Positions 7,989 through 17,888 of a stretch of DNA of 64,000 bases are shown one piece after another. Below the pieces are notes generated by a model. The model did not search any database. It was not told the DNA's origin and saw nothing but the letters and a program-made list of their open reading frames with translations. Within the stretch, counting starts at the first letter, position 1, and each line of letters begins with the position of its first letter. The stretch is from an uncultured Eubacteriales bacterium (lineage in GTDB: Bacteria > Bacillota > Clostridia > Oscillospirales > CAG-272), in assembly GCA_934432725.1 (NCBI GenBank), contig CAKRZE010000001.1, positions 9,945-73,944 on the forward strand. The letters run 5' to 3'. Both the position numbers and the translations under genes were made by a program.

Positions 7989-9440
7989 ATGAGAAAATTT
8001 GATACAAAGGTACAGCACTTGAAATACAAGGTTTTGCGTGAGGTCGCGCGGCATGCCTGGGCGGGGGATCTGACGGAGCATCTTTTGGATCTGCCGCAGC
8101 AGATCATTCCGGGCAAGGAGCCGACGATGCGCTGCTGTGTCTATAAAGAACGTGCAATTCTTGCGGAACGGATTAAAATTGCAATGGGAAGCAGTCGGAC
8201 CGGCGGAAATATCATCGAGGTCATTGATATTGCCTGCGATGAATGTCCTGCCGGCGGTTATGATGTGACCGAATTGTGCCGCGGGTGTCTTGCGCACCGA
8301 TGCGAGGACGTTTGCCCCAAAAAAGCAATCACCTTTGATACCTATCAGAGCGATCCGCATCAGCGGGCGCATATTGACAAAAATCTGTGTGTCAACTGCG
8401 GGAAATGTGCGCAGGTATGTCCGTATTCCGCCATTATGAACCGGAAACGTCCCTGTGAGAATGCCTGTAAAATTCACGCAATTTCCATGGCGGAGGACGG
8501 CAGCGCACAAATTGATCGTTCTGTCTGCACTTCCTGCGGAGCATGCGTGTATCAGTGCCCGTTCGGCGCCATTTCCGACCGTTCCTTTATCCTTGACGTG
8601 GTGGAACTGCTCAAAACGGGCGCCGGAAACAACGGAACGCATGTCTATGCAGTGGTCGCTCCGAGTATTTCCAGCCAGTTTGCTTACGCAAAGACCGGTC
8701 AGGTGGTCAGCGGCATGAAAAAGCTCGGCTTTTACAGCGTTGTGGAGGCAGCGCTCGGCGCAGATATGGTGGCGCAGGAGGAGGCTGCGGCACTTGCGGA
8801 GGCGGGGTTTTTGACAAGCTCCTGCTGTCCCGCTTTTGTTACATATATTGAGACGCAATTTCCGTCACTTGCGGGAAAAATTTCTGAAAGTCTGTCGCCG
8901 ATGGCAACCATTTCACGGGTGATCAAAGAGACAGACCCAGGCTCTGCGGTCGTATTTATCGGTCCGTGTACTGCAAAAAAGACCGAATTTCAAAAGGATA
9001 CGGTTCGGGAATGGGTGGACAGTGTGATAACCTTTGAGGAGCTTCAGGCATTGTTTGACAGCCGGGATATTGAACTTACGGACTTGCCGGAGACGCCGCT
9101 TGACAATGCCTCCTATTACGGACGGATCTTTGCGCGGAGCGGAGGACTGACCGAGGCTGTCTCCGAGGCGCTGAAGGAAAGCGGAAGCGATTTTAAGCTG
9201 CTTCCTGTCACCTGCGATGGGATTGATGCATGCCGGGTGGCTCTTTTAAAGGCTTCGCACGGGAAAGCTGATTTTAATTTCATTGAAGGGATGGCGTGTA
9301 CGGGCGGATGCATCGGCGGCGCCGGCTGTCTGACGCATGGGGAACGAAACCGTGCGGAGGTCGATCGGTATGGAATGCAGGCATATGAAAAGACGATCCG
9401 TGACGCGGTGAGCGTCTTAAAGCTCGGCAAAAAGGCTTGA
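7989..9440 (+). CDS. [FeFe] hydrogenase, HydA-type (hfsD / HydA2-like)
   Basis: Two CxxCxxCxxxCP ferredoxin motifs (CVNCGKCAQVCP, CTSCGACVYQCP). H-cluster motifs are TSSCCPAF, GPCTAKKTE and EGMACTGGCIGG. It starts 2 nt after the phosphatase stop. Confidence 0.85.
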   Translation: MRKFDTKVQHLKYKVLREVARHAWAGDLTEHLLDLPQQIIPGKEPTMRCCVYKERAILAERIKIAMGSSRTGGNIIEVIDIACDECPAGGYDVTELCRGCLAHRCEDVCPKKAITFDTYQSDPHQRAHIDKNLCVNCGKCAQVCPYSAIMNRKRPCENACKIHAISMAEDGSAQIDRSVCTSCGACVYQCPFGAISDRSFILDVVELLKTGAGNNGTHVYAVVAPSISSQFAYAKTGQVVSGMKKLGFYSVVEAALGADMVAQEEAAALAEAGFLTSSCCPAFVTYIETQFPSLAGKISESLSPMATISRVIKETDPGSAVVFIGPCTAKKTEFQKDTVREWVDSVITFEELQALFDSRDIELTDLPETPLDNASYYGRIFARSGGLTEAVSEALKESGSDFKLLPVTCDGIDACRVALLKASHGKADFNFIEGMACTGGCIGGAGCLTHGERNRAEVDRYGMQAYEKTIRDAVSVLKLGKKA

Positions 9441-9658
9441 ACTGCGCATGTTGCTTGCCGGGGTGCAATCCTGCGGGGCGCGGGCAGAGAATGCGTGGCA
9501 GCGCACGGCGGGGCGGATAGCTTCAAGGGCTGTTTCTGAACGGTGCATACTATTTTCCGAAAAGCAGCGCCTTACCTTCGTTCTGTCTGTTCGAACGCAG
9601 GGAATGTCCGGTACGGAAGTCGGGGGCGCGGAAGCAGTACCGGGCTGCGAAAGGAGAA

Positions 9659-9720
9659 AGGGACCGCTGCGGGCGGGCATCCGTGGTGAGGATGCCGACC
9701 TGCAAGCGGTCCCTTTTATG
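9659..9720. terminator. nested hairpin terminator between the convergent hydrogenase operon and the ABC ATPase gene
   Basis: An outer stem GGGACCGCT...AGCGGTCCC encloses GGCATCC-gtggtga-GGATGCC and is followed by TTTTAT on the plus strand. The minus-strand side is also T-rich. Confidence 0.6.
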
Positions 9721-9753
9721 TAAAAAAGATAAGCGAGGCAAAGGAGCGGAAAA

Positions 9754-10500
9754 TCACAGGACCTTGTTCAGGAAGCTGACAAGGCGGGGACTTTCGGGAT
9801 GACTGAAAAACTCATGAGAGGGCTTGTCTTCTTCGATATGACCGCCGTCCAGAAAAATCGTTCTTGTGCTGACCTCACGTGCAAAACGCATTTCGTGTGT
9901 GACAACGATCATTGTCATGCCGTCATCGGCAAGCTGTTTCATAACATCGAGAACTTCTCCGATCATTTCGGGATCGAGCGCGCTGGTCGGCTCATCAAAC
10001 AGCATGACCTCAGGGTTCATCATGAGAGCGCGGACAATGGCAATTCTTTGTTTCTGACCGCCGGAAAGCTGAGACGGGAAGGCATCGCCGCGATCGGCAA
10101 GCCCGACACGCTGCAAAAGCTCCATGGCTTTCGCTTCTGCCGCATCCTTTTTCATGCCCTTGATGCGGATCGGAGCGCAGGTCAGGTTTTTCATGACGTT
10201 CATGTTATTAAACAGATTGAACTGCTGGAAAACCATACCGATTCTTTGGCGGCATACATTGATATCGTTCTTTTTGTCGCAGATGTCCATTCCGTCAAAG
10301 AAAATATGACCGGAGGTCGGCATTTCCAGAAGATTCAGACAACGCAGAAAGGTACTTTTTCCTCCGCCGGACGGACCGATAATGGAAACCACCTCATTTT
10401 TATGAAAGCTTGTGGTGATGTCCTTCAGAACTTCGTTCTTTCCAAAGCTTTTTGACAGGTTCTCAACCTGTATCATGGCTGTATTCTTTGTCTGATTCAC
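9754..10500 (-). CDS. amino-acid ABC transporter ATP-binding protein (GlnQ/ArtP-like)
   Basis: Walker [10 protein letters not shown], signature LSGGQKQR and Walker [12 protein letters not shown] are present. The GTG start at 10498-10500 lies 7 nt after AAGGAGG. Confidence 0.9.
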   Translation of the reverse strand: MNQTKNTAMIQVENLSKSFGKNEVLKDITTSFHKNEVVSIIGPSGGGKSTFLRCLNLLEMPTSGHIFFDGMDICDKKNDINVCRQRIGMVFQQFNLFNNMNVMKNLTCAPIRIKGMKKDAAEAKAMELLQRVGLADRGDAFPSQLSGGQKQRIAIVRALMMNPEVMLFDEPTSALDPEMIGEVLDVMKQLADDGMTMIVVTHEMRFAREVSTRTIFLDGGHIEEDKPSHEFFSHPESPRLVSFLNKVL

Positions 10501-10839
10501 TTTCTGTCCTCCTTATGAACGGGTGGCGGCAGCGGGCGGATACGGTTTTCCGGAAAAAGCCCGGTCATGCTGCTCTGTATAAAAAATCATTCTTGACAAT
10601 ACCGCGCGGAATGCAGAGAGGCTTATGTGCTTCCGCTTTTCGGGAGAGAATGCTCCTGCGGATTTTTCCCGAAGAAAGCGATTCGGCTGGCTTTACCGAA
10701 AACAGTTCAGGTGATTTGCAGCATTCAAAAAAGAACGGTTCACATTTTTCCTCGGGTGCATTTGCAGGATACGGTGCAAAGGAACGGCGCCATTGCCGCA
10801 TATCTGCAAATATGCGATTCATGAGAATATCTTTGTATA

Positions 10840-10868
10840 ATTATACATTTTATCAAGCATAAAGTCAA
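10840..10868 (-). promoter_or_regulatory. sigma-A type promoter ~330 nt upstream of the ABC ATPase gene
   Basis: Minus strand reads TTGACT (10863-10868), 17 nt spacer, TATAAT (10840-10845). Confidence 0.55.
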
Positions 10869-11020
10869 TGAAAATGTCTGAAATTTCTTGGCGCCGTTTT
10901 TTAAAAAAATTGTGCATTTTGCTCAAATCCTGACGTCCGATCGGTTTTTCGAAGCATATAAAACCGCGCTGCGGATGCGCTTGACGCAAAAGGAGTGATG
11001 TCTATACATTGCGATTATAC

Positions 11021-11066
11021 AAAAACGGCATGCAGCATGTTCGGGCTGCGTGCCGTTTTTCAAACG
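11021..11066. terminator. strong hairpin terminator after the SDR gene
   Basis: AAAAACGGCATGCAGC-atgttcgg-GCTGCGTGCCGTTTTT forms a 12-bp stem with one G-T pair. A/T runs flank both sides. Confidence 0.7.
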
Positions 11067-11070
11067 GTAA

Positions 11071-11832
11071 TTATGCCTTGGAAACAGGCATGATCCAGTT
11101 GTGGGGAAGGAGCTTTGCAAGAACTCTGTAAAATTTGAAGAAGAGCCGCGGCGTATATACGGCGCAGCCAGCCTCGGCTTTTTTCAGAGCGGTCCGGGCG
11201 ACGCGTGCGGGATTACAGTAGGGGAGTGTGGCAAAGGTCTTGGAGTTCTGATCCGTAATGCCCGCAACCGAAAGGAATTCCGTGCGCATCGGACCGGGGC
11301 AGACGGCAAGTACATTGATGCCGCGCGGCTTCAGCTCATAGCGCAGTCCCTTGGAAAAGCTGAGAACGTATGCTTTTGTTGCGCTGTAAACCGTCAGCCT
11401 CGGGTTCGGAGCAAAGGCTGCAATGGAACAGACATTGACAATATATGAGCCCTTTTTCATATAACGGAGGGAAAGGCAGCTGATCGCAGTCAGGGCTTTC
11501 GCATTGAGATCGATCTGCCGGTTTTGCAGGGAATAATCAAGCTCAGCGACGTTGCCGAGTGCTCCGAAGCCGGCGTTGTTGATCAGAATACGAATTTCCG
11601 GCTTCTCCTGTGCCAAAATGGATTCTATTTCGAAAAAGCTCTTCGGGTCGGTCAGATCCATGGAAAGAGAACGCGTTCTGACCCCGGGAAACGCAGCCGC
11701 CAGAGTGTCCAGGCGTTCCTTCCGGCGTGCGATCAGCCAAATCTCATCAAGCTCGGGGTACAGCGTAATAACGCTTTTGTAAAATTCCCCGCCAAGACCC
11801 GATGATGCTCCTGTAATTACTGCGATTTTCAT
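11071..11832 (-). CDS. SDR family oxidoreductase (short-chain dehydrogenase)
   Basis: From ORF 11071..12030, start moved to ATG 11830-11832. MKIAVITGASSGLGGEF is a TGxxxGxG NAD(P)-binding motif. The active-site region is YSATKAYV (YxxxK). Confidence 0.85.
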   Translation of the reverse strand: MKIAVITGASSGLGGEFYKSVITLYPELDEIWLIARRKERLDTLAAAFPGVRTRSLSMDLTDPKSFFEIESILAQEKPEIRILINNAGFGALGNVAELDYSLQNRQIDLNAKALTAISCLSLRYMKKGSYIVNVCSIAAFAPNPRLTVYSATKAYVLSFSKGLRYELKPRGINVLAVCPGPMRTEFLSVAGITDQNSKTFATLPYCNPARVARTALKKAEAGCAVYTPRLFFKFYRVLAKLLPHNWIMPVSKA

Positions 11833-12156
11833 GGGTATTGCCCACAGCCTTTGTATGGACGAAGGCTTCCTTTCTTGTCTTTTGAACTGCCATTTATCAG
11901 GCAGACCTGCAATGCGGAATGTTTCCGGACTTCCGAAAGCAGGATGCGGATGAAACCGGACAGGCGGCTTTGGGTGTCCTTCCGAACCTCGGCAGAACCG
12001 CAGATAAGGGGAGGAGCGGCTCGGCTGCATTCCTCCGGGGTGAGATAGCCATCTCCGCGTTTCTGTGCCGATGGAGGGCAGATTTTTTTCGCTTTTCGGG
12101 ACGGAGAAGCAGCAGAATACCCGTCAGCGGGTGATTTCATCGTGCTTTTAAGTCGA

Positions 12157-13815
12157 TCATCGCACCGGGGGGCTTCTTTTTTTGTCGTAGCGGCAGATCA
12201 GAAGCACTCCGATAACGATTTCAACGAGAATGACGGCGGCTCCCGCAATCAGAATAGCGGTGCGGGCAGGGACAGAGCCGAAAATGCCGTGTTGTGCGGC
12301 GGCAGTTTCCGAAACCGCCTCGGAAAGCGTATCGGATTCCTGCGGCTGTGTGTCGGAAGCCGGAAGCGGCTGTATATTCTCCCGGATGCCGCATCTTGTA
12401 CACTGCCGAAAGCTGTTATGCGCATCGGAGGCATCCTGAAAGTTGTGTCCGAGCGGAGGGATTTCCTCGGTTTTAATGACCAAGTCGCAGTATTCGCAAT
12501 GGGTAATCCGTTTTCCGGCGGTTTCGCAGGCGGGAGCTTCCTCCGTATCTTTGATCACATGTCCGCGCGGCGGGATCTCTTCATCATAGCTTTCTCCGCA
12601 GGAGCAGCTGTAGCGGTGATATCCTGACGCGAGACAGGTCGGCTCCTTGGTTTCGGTCAGAATGAATTCATGGTCGCTTGTCTTCGGAACGGAAACACTG
12701 TAGATATTTCCGCAGTTTGCGCAGCAATACAGCTTTTCGCCGTTTTTGGAATGACCGGGCGGGGTTTCACGGAGGAATGAATAGGCATGACCTGTTGCCG
12801 GGATGGTTTCAAAGCGCTCATGAACATTACTGTACTTGTTCTTATACAGCTCCACCATGTTTTCCGTGAAGCGGCAGGTATATTTTCTGTATCCGTCTGT
12901 CTCGCAGCCAGCTGCCTTTGTTTCGGAGAGGAACCAGAAGTGTTTGTCCGGATCCGGAGCATCGCGGAGCTGACGAACCTCCTTGCGGCAGCCGCAGACG
13001 GTGCAGCGAACGGAGGATTTTCCGGGATACAGGCAGGAGGTGGGATAATCGACCGTGCGTTCTGCGGCATAGGTGTGCGTGTGACCGGTGTAATATGCGA
13101 TCAGCGCATCGGCATCTGCCTTTGCCATCAATTTGAGCGATTGCTCAGATTTGACAAGAGCGGCATCCTGCGGATTGGAAAGGCAGCAATGCTCGATGAT
13201 GATGCTGTCAAAGCCGAATTTCACGCCCCATTTGATCATGCCGTAATAGTCGGACACGGTTGAACCGAAGGCTGTGGTGTCGGCAATGTCCCATTGATAT
13301 TCCTCGCTCCAATAGAAGATGCGCTTTCCGAAATCGGCGGTTCTGGTCAGAGGATTTTTCCGGATGCCGACATAGGCTTGCAGACGGTTGAGAATACCAT
13401 CGGACAGGGCGGTCATTGCATATTGCTCCAGAACGGAGTTGCATACGGTCGCTCCGTGATAGGAGGAAGGGGAAAGGCTGTTGAAGTGGAGGCTGACGCA
13501 GATATCCGCGTTATGGCTGTCCGCAATCAAGCCCCTTTCGTGAAGATTCAGCAGGGTATTGTTGTCGGTTCGGGTGAGATAGACGGCGAACCTTCCGGTA
13601 TCCTCCAGATATTGCCTGATGTACTGCGCGATGCGGAGTGCAGGTGCAGCTTCGCTGACGCCGTTTCCGACTGCTCCGGGATCGATTCCGCCGTGTCCGG
13701 GGTCCAGCACCACAACAATTTTGCCGTCTGCATCCACGGCGGCGGTACGGAGGGAAAAAATGCAGAAGAGCAGGGAGAAAAAAATCAGAGAAAACAAAAA
13801 TGCTTTATGTTTCAT
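12157..13815 (-). CDS. N-acetylmuramoyl-L-alanine amidase (Amidase_3) with a C-terminal Cys-rich repeat region and membrane anchor
   Basis: Signal peptide, then VVLDPGHGGIDPGAVGNG and SLHFNS amidase_3 motifs. At least four C..G....C..C...IPxxGH modules follow. The C-terminal hydrophobic segment is ILIAGAAVILVEIVIGVLLI. Start moved to the second ATG (13815) because of GAGGAA spacing. Confidence 0.8.
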   Translation of the reverse strand: MKHKAFLFSLIFFSLLFCIFSLRTAAVDADGKIVVVLDPGHGGIDPGAVGNGVSEAAPALRIAQYIRQYLEDTGRFAVYLTRTDNNTLLNLHERGLIADSHNADICVSLHFNSLSPSSYHGATVCNSVLEQYAMTALSDGILNRLQAYVGIRKNPLTRTADFGKRIFYWSEEYQWDIADTTAFGSTVSDYYGMIKWGVKFGFDSIIIEHCCLSNPQDAALVKSEQSLKLMAKADADALIAYYTGHTHTYAAERTVDYPTSCLYPGKSSVRCTVCGCRKEVRQLRDAPDPDKHFWFLSETKAAGCETDGYRKYTCRFTENMVELYKNKYSNVHERFETIPATGHAYSFLRETPPGHSKNGEKLYCCANCGNIYSVSVPKTSDHEFILTETKEPTCLASGYHRYSCSCGESYDEEIPPRGHVIKDTEEAPACETAGKRITHCEYCDLVIKTEEIPPLGHNFQDASDAHNSFRQCTRCGIRENIQPLPASDTQPQESDTLSEAVSETAAAQHGIFGSVPARTAILIAGAAVILVEIVIGVLLICRYDKKRSPPVR

Positions 13816-14286
13816 GTACATTCCTCAAACAGACGGACGGGACATAGGAGTCGGGTCGAATCGGGCGGATTTGTGAAAGAATGGGAAGGTCCGTTCGCCG
13901 AACAGGACAGGCGCAGGTCAAAGGCAGCTTTTTTCGATCAGCGGTCGTGGATTTTTCGGGGCAAGACCGCGGGGATGTCTGTCGCACAGCCCGCCGTTAA
14001 GCAAAAGGAGGAGGGGATGTCGCGCTCCGGCTTTGCGGCGGGCGCCGCCGGGGGAAATTTTATATGGAAGACGCGCCGCATGATTGCACAGACCCTTGCG
14101 GCATTCTCCGGCTTTGCCGATGCGCAGCCGGAGCTTTCATGCGAAATATCATGCTGCCGGTGCGGGATTTTGTGCGATGCACGAAAAAAGAATCGCTGCC
14201 CTTTTTCTGAAAAAGAACTTTCATTTTCAGCTTGATGCTGACCGGAGGATGTCTGCCCGGGAAAAGGGAAAGCTGCGTTTCTTCGT

Positions 14287-15510
14287 TTACCGGAGCGTGA
14301 CCTTTTTGAAGGCTTTTTTCCCGCGCCGCACGACCATTCCGTTTTTCAGCTCGGCGGAGTCAAAGGTTTTCCGGATATCGGTGATTTTTGCATCGGAAAC
14401 CGTGACGCCTCCCTGTTCCACGGCGCGTCTCGCTTCCGATCTGGAGGCGACAAGACCGGACTTGACCAAAAGCGTCAGGATATCAACCGCTCCGTCTGTC
14501 AGATCCTCTTCGGAAAGCTCTGCGGAGGGCATATCTGCGGAATCGGAGCCAACCATGAAAATAGCGCGCGCTGCCTTTTGTGCCTTTTCCGCTTCCTCCT
14601 CGCCGTGAACCAGCTTTGTCAGCTCATATGCAAGGATTTCCTTGGCAGTATTGAGCTGGGCGCCCTCCCAATGCTCCATTTTATCGATTTCCTCCAAAGG
14701 AAGGAAGGTGAGCATGCGGATGCATTTCAGAACATCGGCATCTCCGACATTTCTCCAGTACTGATAAAAATCATACGGAGAGGTTTTGTTCGGATCAAGC
14801 CAGACGGCGCCGTTTGCCGTCTTTCCCATCTTCTTGCCCTCGGAATTCAAAAGGAGCGTAATTGTCATGGCATAAGCGTCTTTTCCGAGCTTTTTGCGGA
14901 TCAGCTCCGTACCGCCGAGCATGTTGGACCACTGATCGTCTCCGCCGAACTGCATATTGCAGCCGTAGTGCTGGAACAGATGGTAAAAGTCATAGGACTG
15001 CATGATCATGTAGTTGAATTCAAGGAAGGAAAGTCCCTTTTCCATGCGCTGCTTATAGCATTCCGCCGTCAGCATTTTATTGACGGAGAAGCAGGCTCCG
15101 ATGTTCCGCAGAAGCTCAATATAATTCAGGTCAAGCAGCCAATCGGCGTTGTTTACCATAATTGCCTTGTCATCGCCGAATTCAATAAAACGCTCCATCT
15201 GCTTTTTGAAGCAGGCGCAGTTATGCCGGATGGTTTCCGGCGTCATCATGCTGCGCATATCGGTTCTGCCGGAAGGATCTCCGACATAGCCGGTTCCGCC
15301 GCCGATCAGTACAACGGGACGGTTTCCAGCCATCTGAAGCCGCTTCATCAGGCACAGCGCCATAAAATGTCCGACATGAAGGGAGTCGGCTGTGGGGTCA
15401 AAGCCGATATAAAAGGTTGCTTTCCCTGTATTGATCAGCTCCCGGATCTCAGGCTCGTCCGTCACCTGCTTGATCAGCCCTCTTTTTTGCAGTTCTTCGT
15501 AAATCAGCAT
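14287..15510 (-). CDS. tyrS: tyrosine--tRNA ligase
   Basis: From ORF 14287..15597, start moved to ATG 15508-15510 after AAGGAGA. Class I motifs HVGH and KMGKT (KMSKS) are present, with a C-terminal S4-like domain. A Tyr-specifier T-box lies upstream. Confidence 0.92.
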   Translation of the reverse strand: MLIYEELQKRGLIKQVTDEPEIRELINTGKATFYIGFDPTADSLHVGHFMALCLMKRLQMAGNRPVVLIGGGTGYVGDPSGRTDMRSMMTPETIRHNCACFKKQMERFIEFGDDKAIMVNNADWLLDLNYIELLRNIGACFSVNKMLTAECYKQRMEKGLSFLEFNYMIMQSYDFYHLFQHYGCNMQFGGDDQWSNMLGGTELIRKKLGKDAYAMTITLLLNSEGKKMGKTANGAVWLDPNKTSPYDFYQYWRNVGDADVLKCIRMLTFLPLEEIDKMEHWEGAQLNTAKEILAYELTKLVHGEEEAEKAQKAARAIFMVGSDSADMPSAELSEEDLTDGAVDILTLLVKSGLVASRSEARRAVEQGGVTVSDAKITDIRKTFDSAELKNGMVVRRGKKAFKKVTLR

Positions 15511-15822
15511 ATCATTTCTCCTTATTTGATCTGTTGTGTTTGACATTTTTTGTACGGTACCCTCAAAAAAAGTCCCTGTCCGGACTGAACCGGACAAGGA
15601 CGGAAGGACCGCGGTACCACCTTGCTTTGTACATGACTTGCGGCATGCACCTTTTCGGGCATGAAAAACATGTCCGTTCCCGTATAACGGCAGGAGCCCG
15701 TCTCTTTTTGAAGGAGAAGCTCGGGAGTGTATTCACCGTACCCGCGGTCCTGCGCCTCTCATCCTCCGGCAGCTTTCTGTTGGCGCGCGGTACAGCTACT
15801 TTTCTCCGTCACAGCTTGTTTC
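15511..15822 (-). promoter_or_regulatory. T-box riboswitch leader (Tyr) with terminator/antiterminator
   Basis: On the minus strand the conserved T-box sequence GCAAGGTGGTACCGCGGTCC is at 15606-15625. The terminator hairpin GTCCTTGTCCGG-ttca-GTCCGGACAGGGAC plus T8 is at 15564-15601. Stem I elements GTGACGGAGAAAAGTAG are present. The candidate specifier is GAA-UAC-A, with UAC at 15729-15731. Confidence 0.85.
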
Positions 15823-15826
15823 TTTT

Positions 15827-15855
15827 ATTATACCGGATGATTTCGGATTTGTCAA
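15827..15855 (-). promoter_or_regulatory. consensus sigma-A promoter of the tyrS T-box leader
   Basis: Minus strand reads TTGACA (15850-15855), 17 nt spacer, TATAAT (15827-15832). Confidence 0.7.
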
Positions 15856-16169
15856 GGGAATGCGGGGGAATTATGTACGGCGAATTGACGGGTAAAACGA
15901 GGATTTCGTCCGATACGGCTTTTCCGGGAATCGGACTCATGCTTTTTTGGAAAAGATACAGGAGTGAAGGAAGCGGGAGAACACGGAACAGAGCCGTTCT
16001 GCTTCAATCGGCAATTCGCGGGCGGGATACCGCACAGTTTCGGTCATGTCGCCGCTGCCGGTGAACAGATATCACCGCGGACAGGCAGGAAAGAAAGATA
16101 AATGAGCGGGCGGAACGGCTTTGCTCTGTCTTTGCCCTATGCATCCTTGCGGAGCGCGGCATATTCCGG

Positions 16170-17888
16170 CTAAGTTTCTTTCCATGAATAGGATTTCAGG
16201 AGCGGAATGAAGCATGCCCGTTCCTCAGCGCTTTCTCTGCGTTCCTCCCCGGTCAGCGCATCATAGCAGCATTGGTAGGAGAAAAGTGCGATGCCGGAGC
16301 AGGACTTGAGCGAACCGGTGTATTCGATGCAGCGCCTGATGATGTCTTTGTGAAGGGACCATTCGTTTCGACCGGAGCCTGCATAGGCATCGGTTCCGCT
16401 GACTGCCTTTGTCAGCGTCATGCCGATAATCAGTCTGACCGAATCGCACTGCACCATGTCCTGCCATTTTTGGCAGACGGATTTAAAATCATTGGTCTGA
16501 TGCTCCATTCCCCAATAGATCTGCGGGCAGATGTAGTCTGCATACCCGCTTTGGCTGCACCAGGTATATACATCCGCATACAGATTCCGGTAGGTATCCT
16601 CCGCACTTCCCGCCGGACTGATTCCGAACAGAATATCCCGGGAAACGGCTTTGATTGCGCGGTACAGTCCGGAGACCAGCTGATTCATCTGACTGCGTCT
16701 GAAATCACCGAGAGAAAGCGGGCGGCTGCTCTGTTTTGCATAAGCGGTATACGCCGAAAGATCAAAATCTGGATTTGTCGTGGGATAAAAGTAATCGTCC
16801 ATATGAATGCCGTCAATATTATAGGAGGCGGCGATTTCGACTGCTCCGGCGATGATCAGACTCCGGACCGGTTCATACGCCGGGTTCAGATAATACCGGT
16901 GATTGCAGGCAACAAGATAGGTCCCGTTTTTTTCAGGATCGCGGTACCATCTTCCGACCGCATATTCGGACGGAACCTTCCCGATTTCCTCCTCTGTCAT
17001 ACAGCGGAGCGGATTGATCCACGCATGGACGGAAAGGTTTTTTCCGTGCGCCATTTCAATCAGGATTGCAAACGGATCGTAATCCGCTTGGTTTCCGTAT
17101 GCACCGACCGTACAGGCTGACATCGGATACAGTGCCGAGGGGTACATGCTGTCCGTATACGGACGAACCTGTACGATGACGGTATTGAAGCCCATGTCCG
17201 AGATACGGTTCAGTATGGTCTGAAGCAGAGTCCTGTATTCCGCCTCCGGACGCTGACTGCCGTTTTTGCTGTAGACCTCTGCCATATCGAACTGCGACAG
17301 CCAGATGCACTTCATATCGGCATGGTTTACCGGCGTATATGCTTCTTTTCCGGTCAAAGCATTCTTTGTGAGACATATCTGTTTCAGAGAAAACGGAATG
17401 CTGTAGACCGGCTTGTTTTCTTTTGTTGTCTCGGTTACGGATTCAAAAAAGAAGTCAAGGGCATTTTGCATTCCGTCGGCATCGTATGCATCGATTACGA
17501 TTTCAAATCGGGAAGCCCTGACGATATAGCCTCCCTTTCCGAGAGAATTCCGTGCGATTCTGAGGTCCTCCGCTTCCCGATTGGTTCGTCCGATCCGGAT
17601 TTCGAGATCGGAATGCGCCGCAACGCCGGTCGGTTCATAATCCCCTGCAATTTTCAGAGAACAGCCGGTCATAGCTTCAAAGCGTTCCCGGAATTCGGCT
17701 GCGGCATCCAGCTCCCACGGCTGCGCATTTTCTCCGTAAATCACGGTATATCCGCAGGAGCCGTCCGGCGCTGTCAGGCACAGGCGGCTGTCAAACAGAT
17801 AGGTTTGTCCCGTCCGCCCGGCACATGCATTCAGAAGCCATAGGACAAAGGTCAGGGCGATCATGAAAAACAGCTTTTTTTTCATCAT
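16170..17888 (-). CDS. glycoside-hydrolase-like family 10 (GHL10 / YngK-like) lipoprotein
   Basis: From ORF 16170..18125, start moved to ATGATG at 17883-17888 after AAAGGA. The signal MMKKKLFFMIALTFVLWLLNAC has a lipobox. The body resembles the TIM-barrel 'family 10 glycosylhydrolase-like' proteins (…IWLSQFD…VIVQVRP…HAWINP…), a family name recalled from memory. Confidence 0.6.
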   Translation of the reverse strand: MMKKKLFFMIALTFVLWLLNACAGRTGQTYLFDSRLCLTAPDGSCGYTVIYGENAQPWELDAAAEFRERFEAMTGCSLKIAGDYEPTGVAAHSDLEIRIGRTNREAEDLRIARNSLGKGGYIVRASRFEIVIDAYDADGMQNALDFFFESVTETTKENKPVYSIPFSLKQICLTKNALTGKEAYTPVNHADMKCIWLSQFDMAEVYSKNGSQRPEAEYRTLLQTILNRISDMGFNTVIVQVRPYTDSMYPSALYPMSACTVGAYGNQADYDPFAILIEMAHGKNLSVHAWINPLRCMTEEEIGKVPSEYAVGRWYRDPEKNGTYLVACNHRYYLNPAYEPVRSLIIAGAVEIAASYNIDGIHMDDYFYPTTNPDFDLSAYTAYAKQSSRPLSLGDFRRSQMNQLVSGLYRAIKAVSRDILFGISPAGSAEDTYRNLYADVYTWCSQSGYADYICPQIYWGMEHQTNDFKSVCQKWQDMVQCDSVRLIIGMTLTKAVSGTDAYAGSGRNEWSLHKDIIRRCIEYTGSLKSCSGIALFSYQCCYDALTGEERRESAEERACFIPLLKSYSWKET

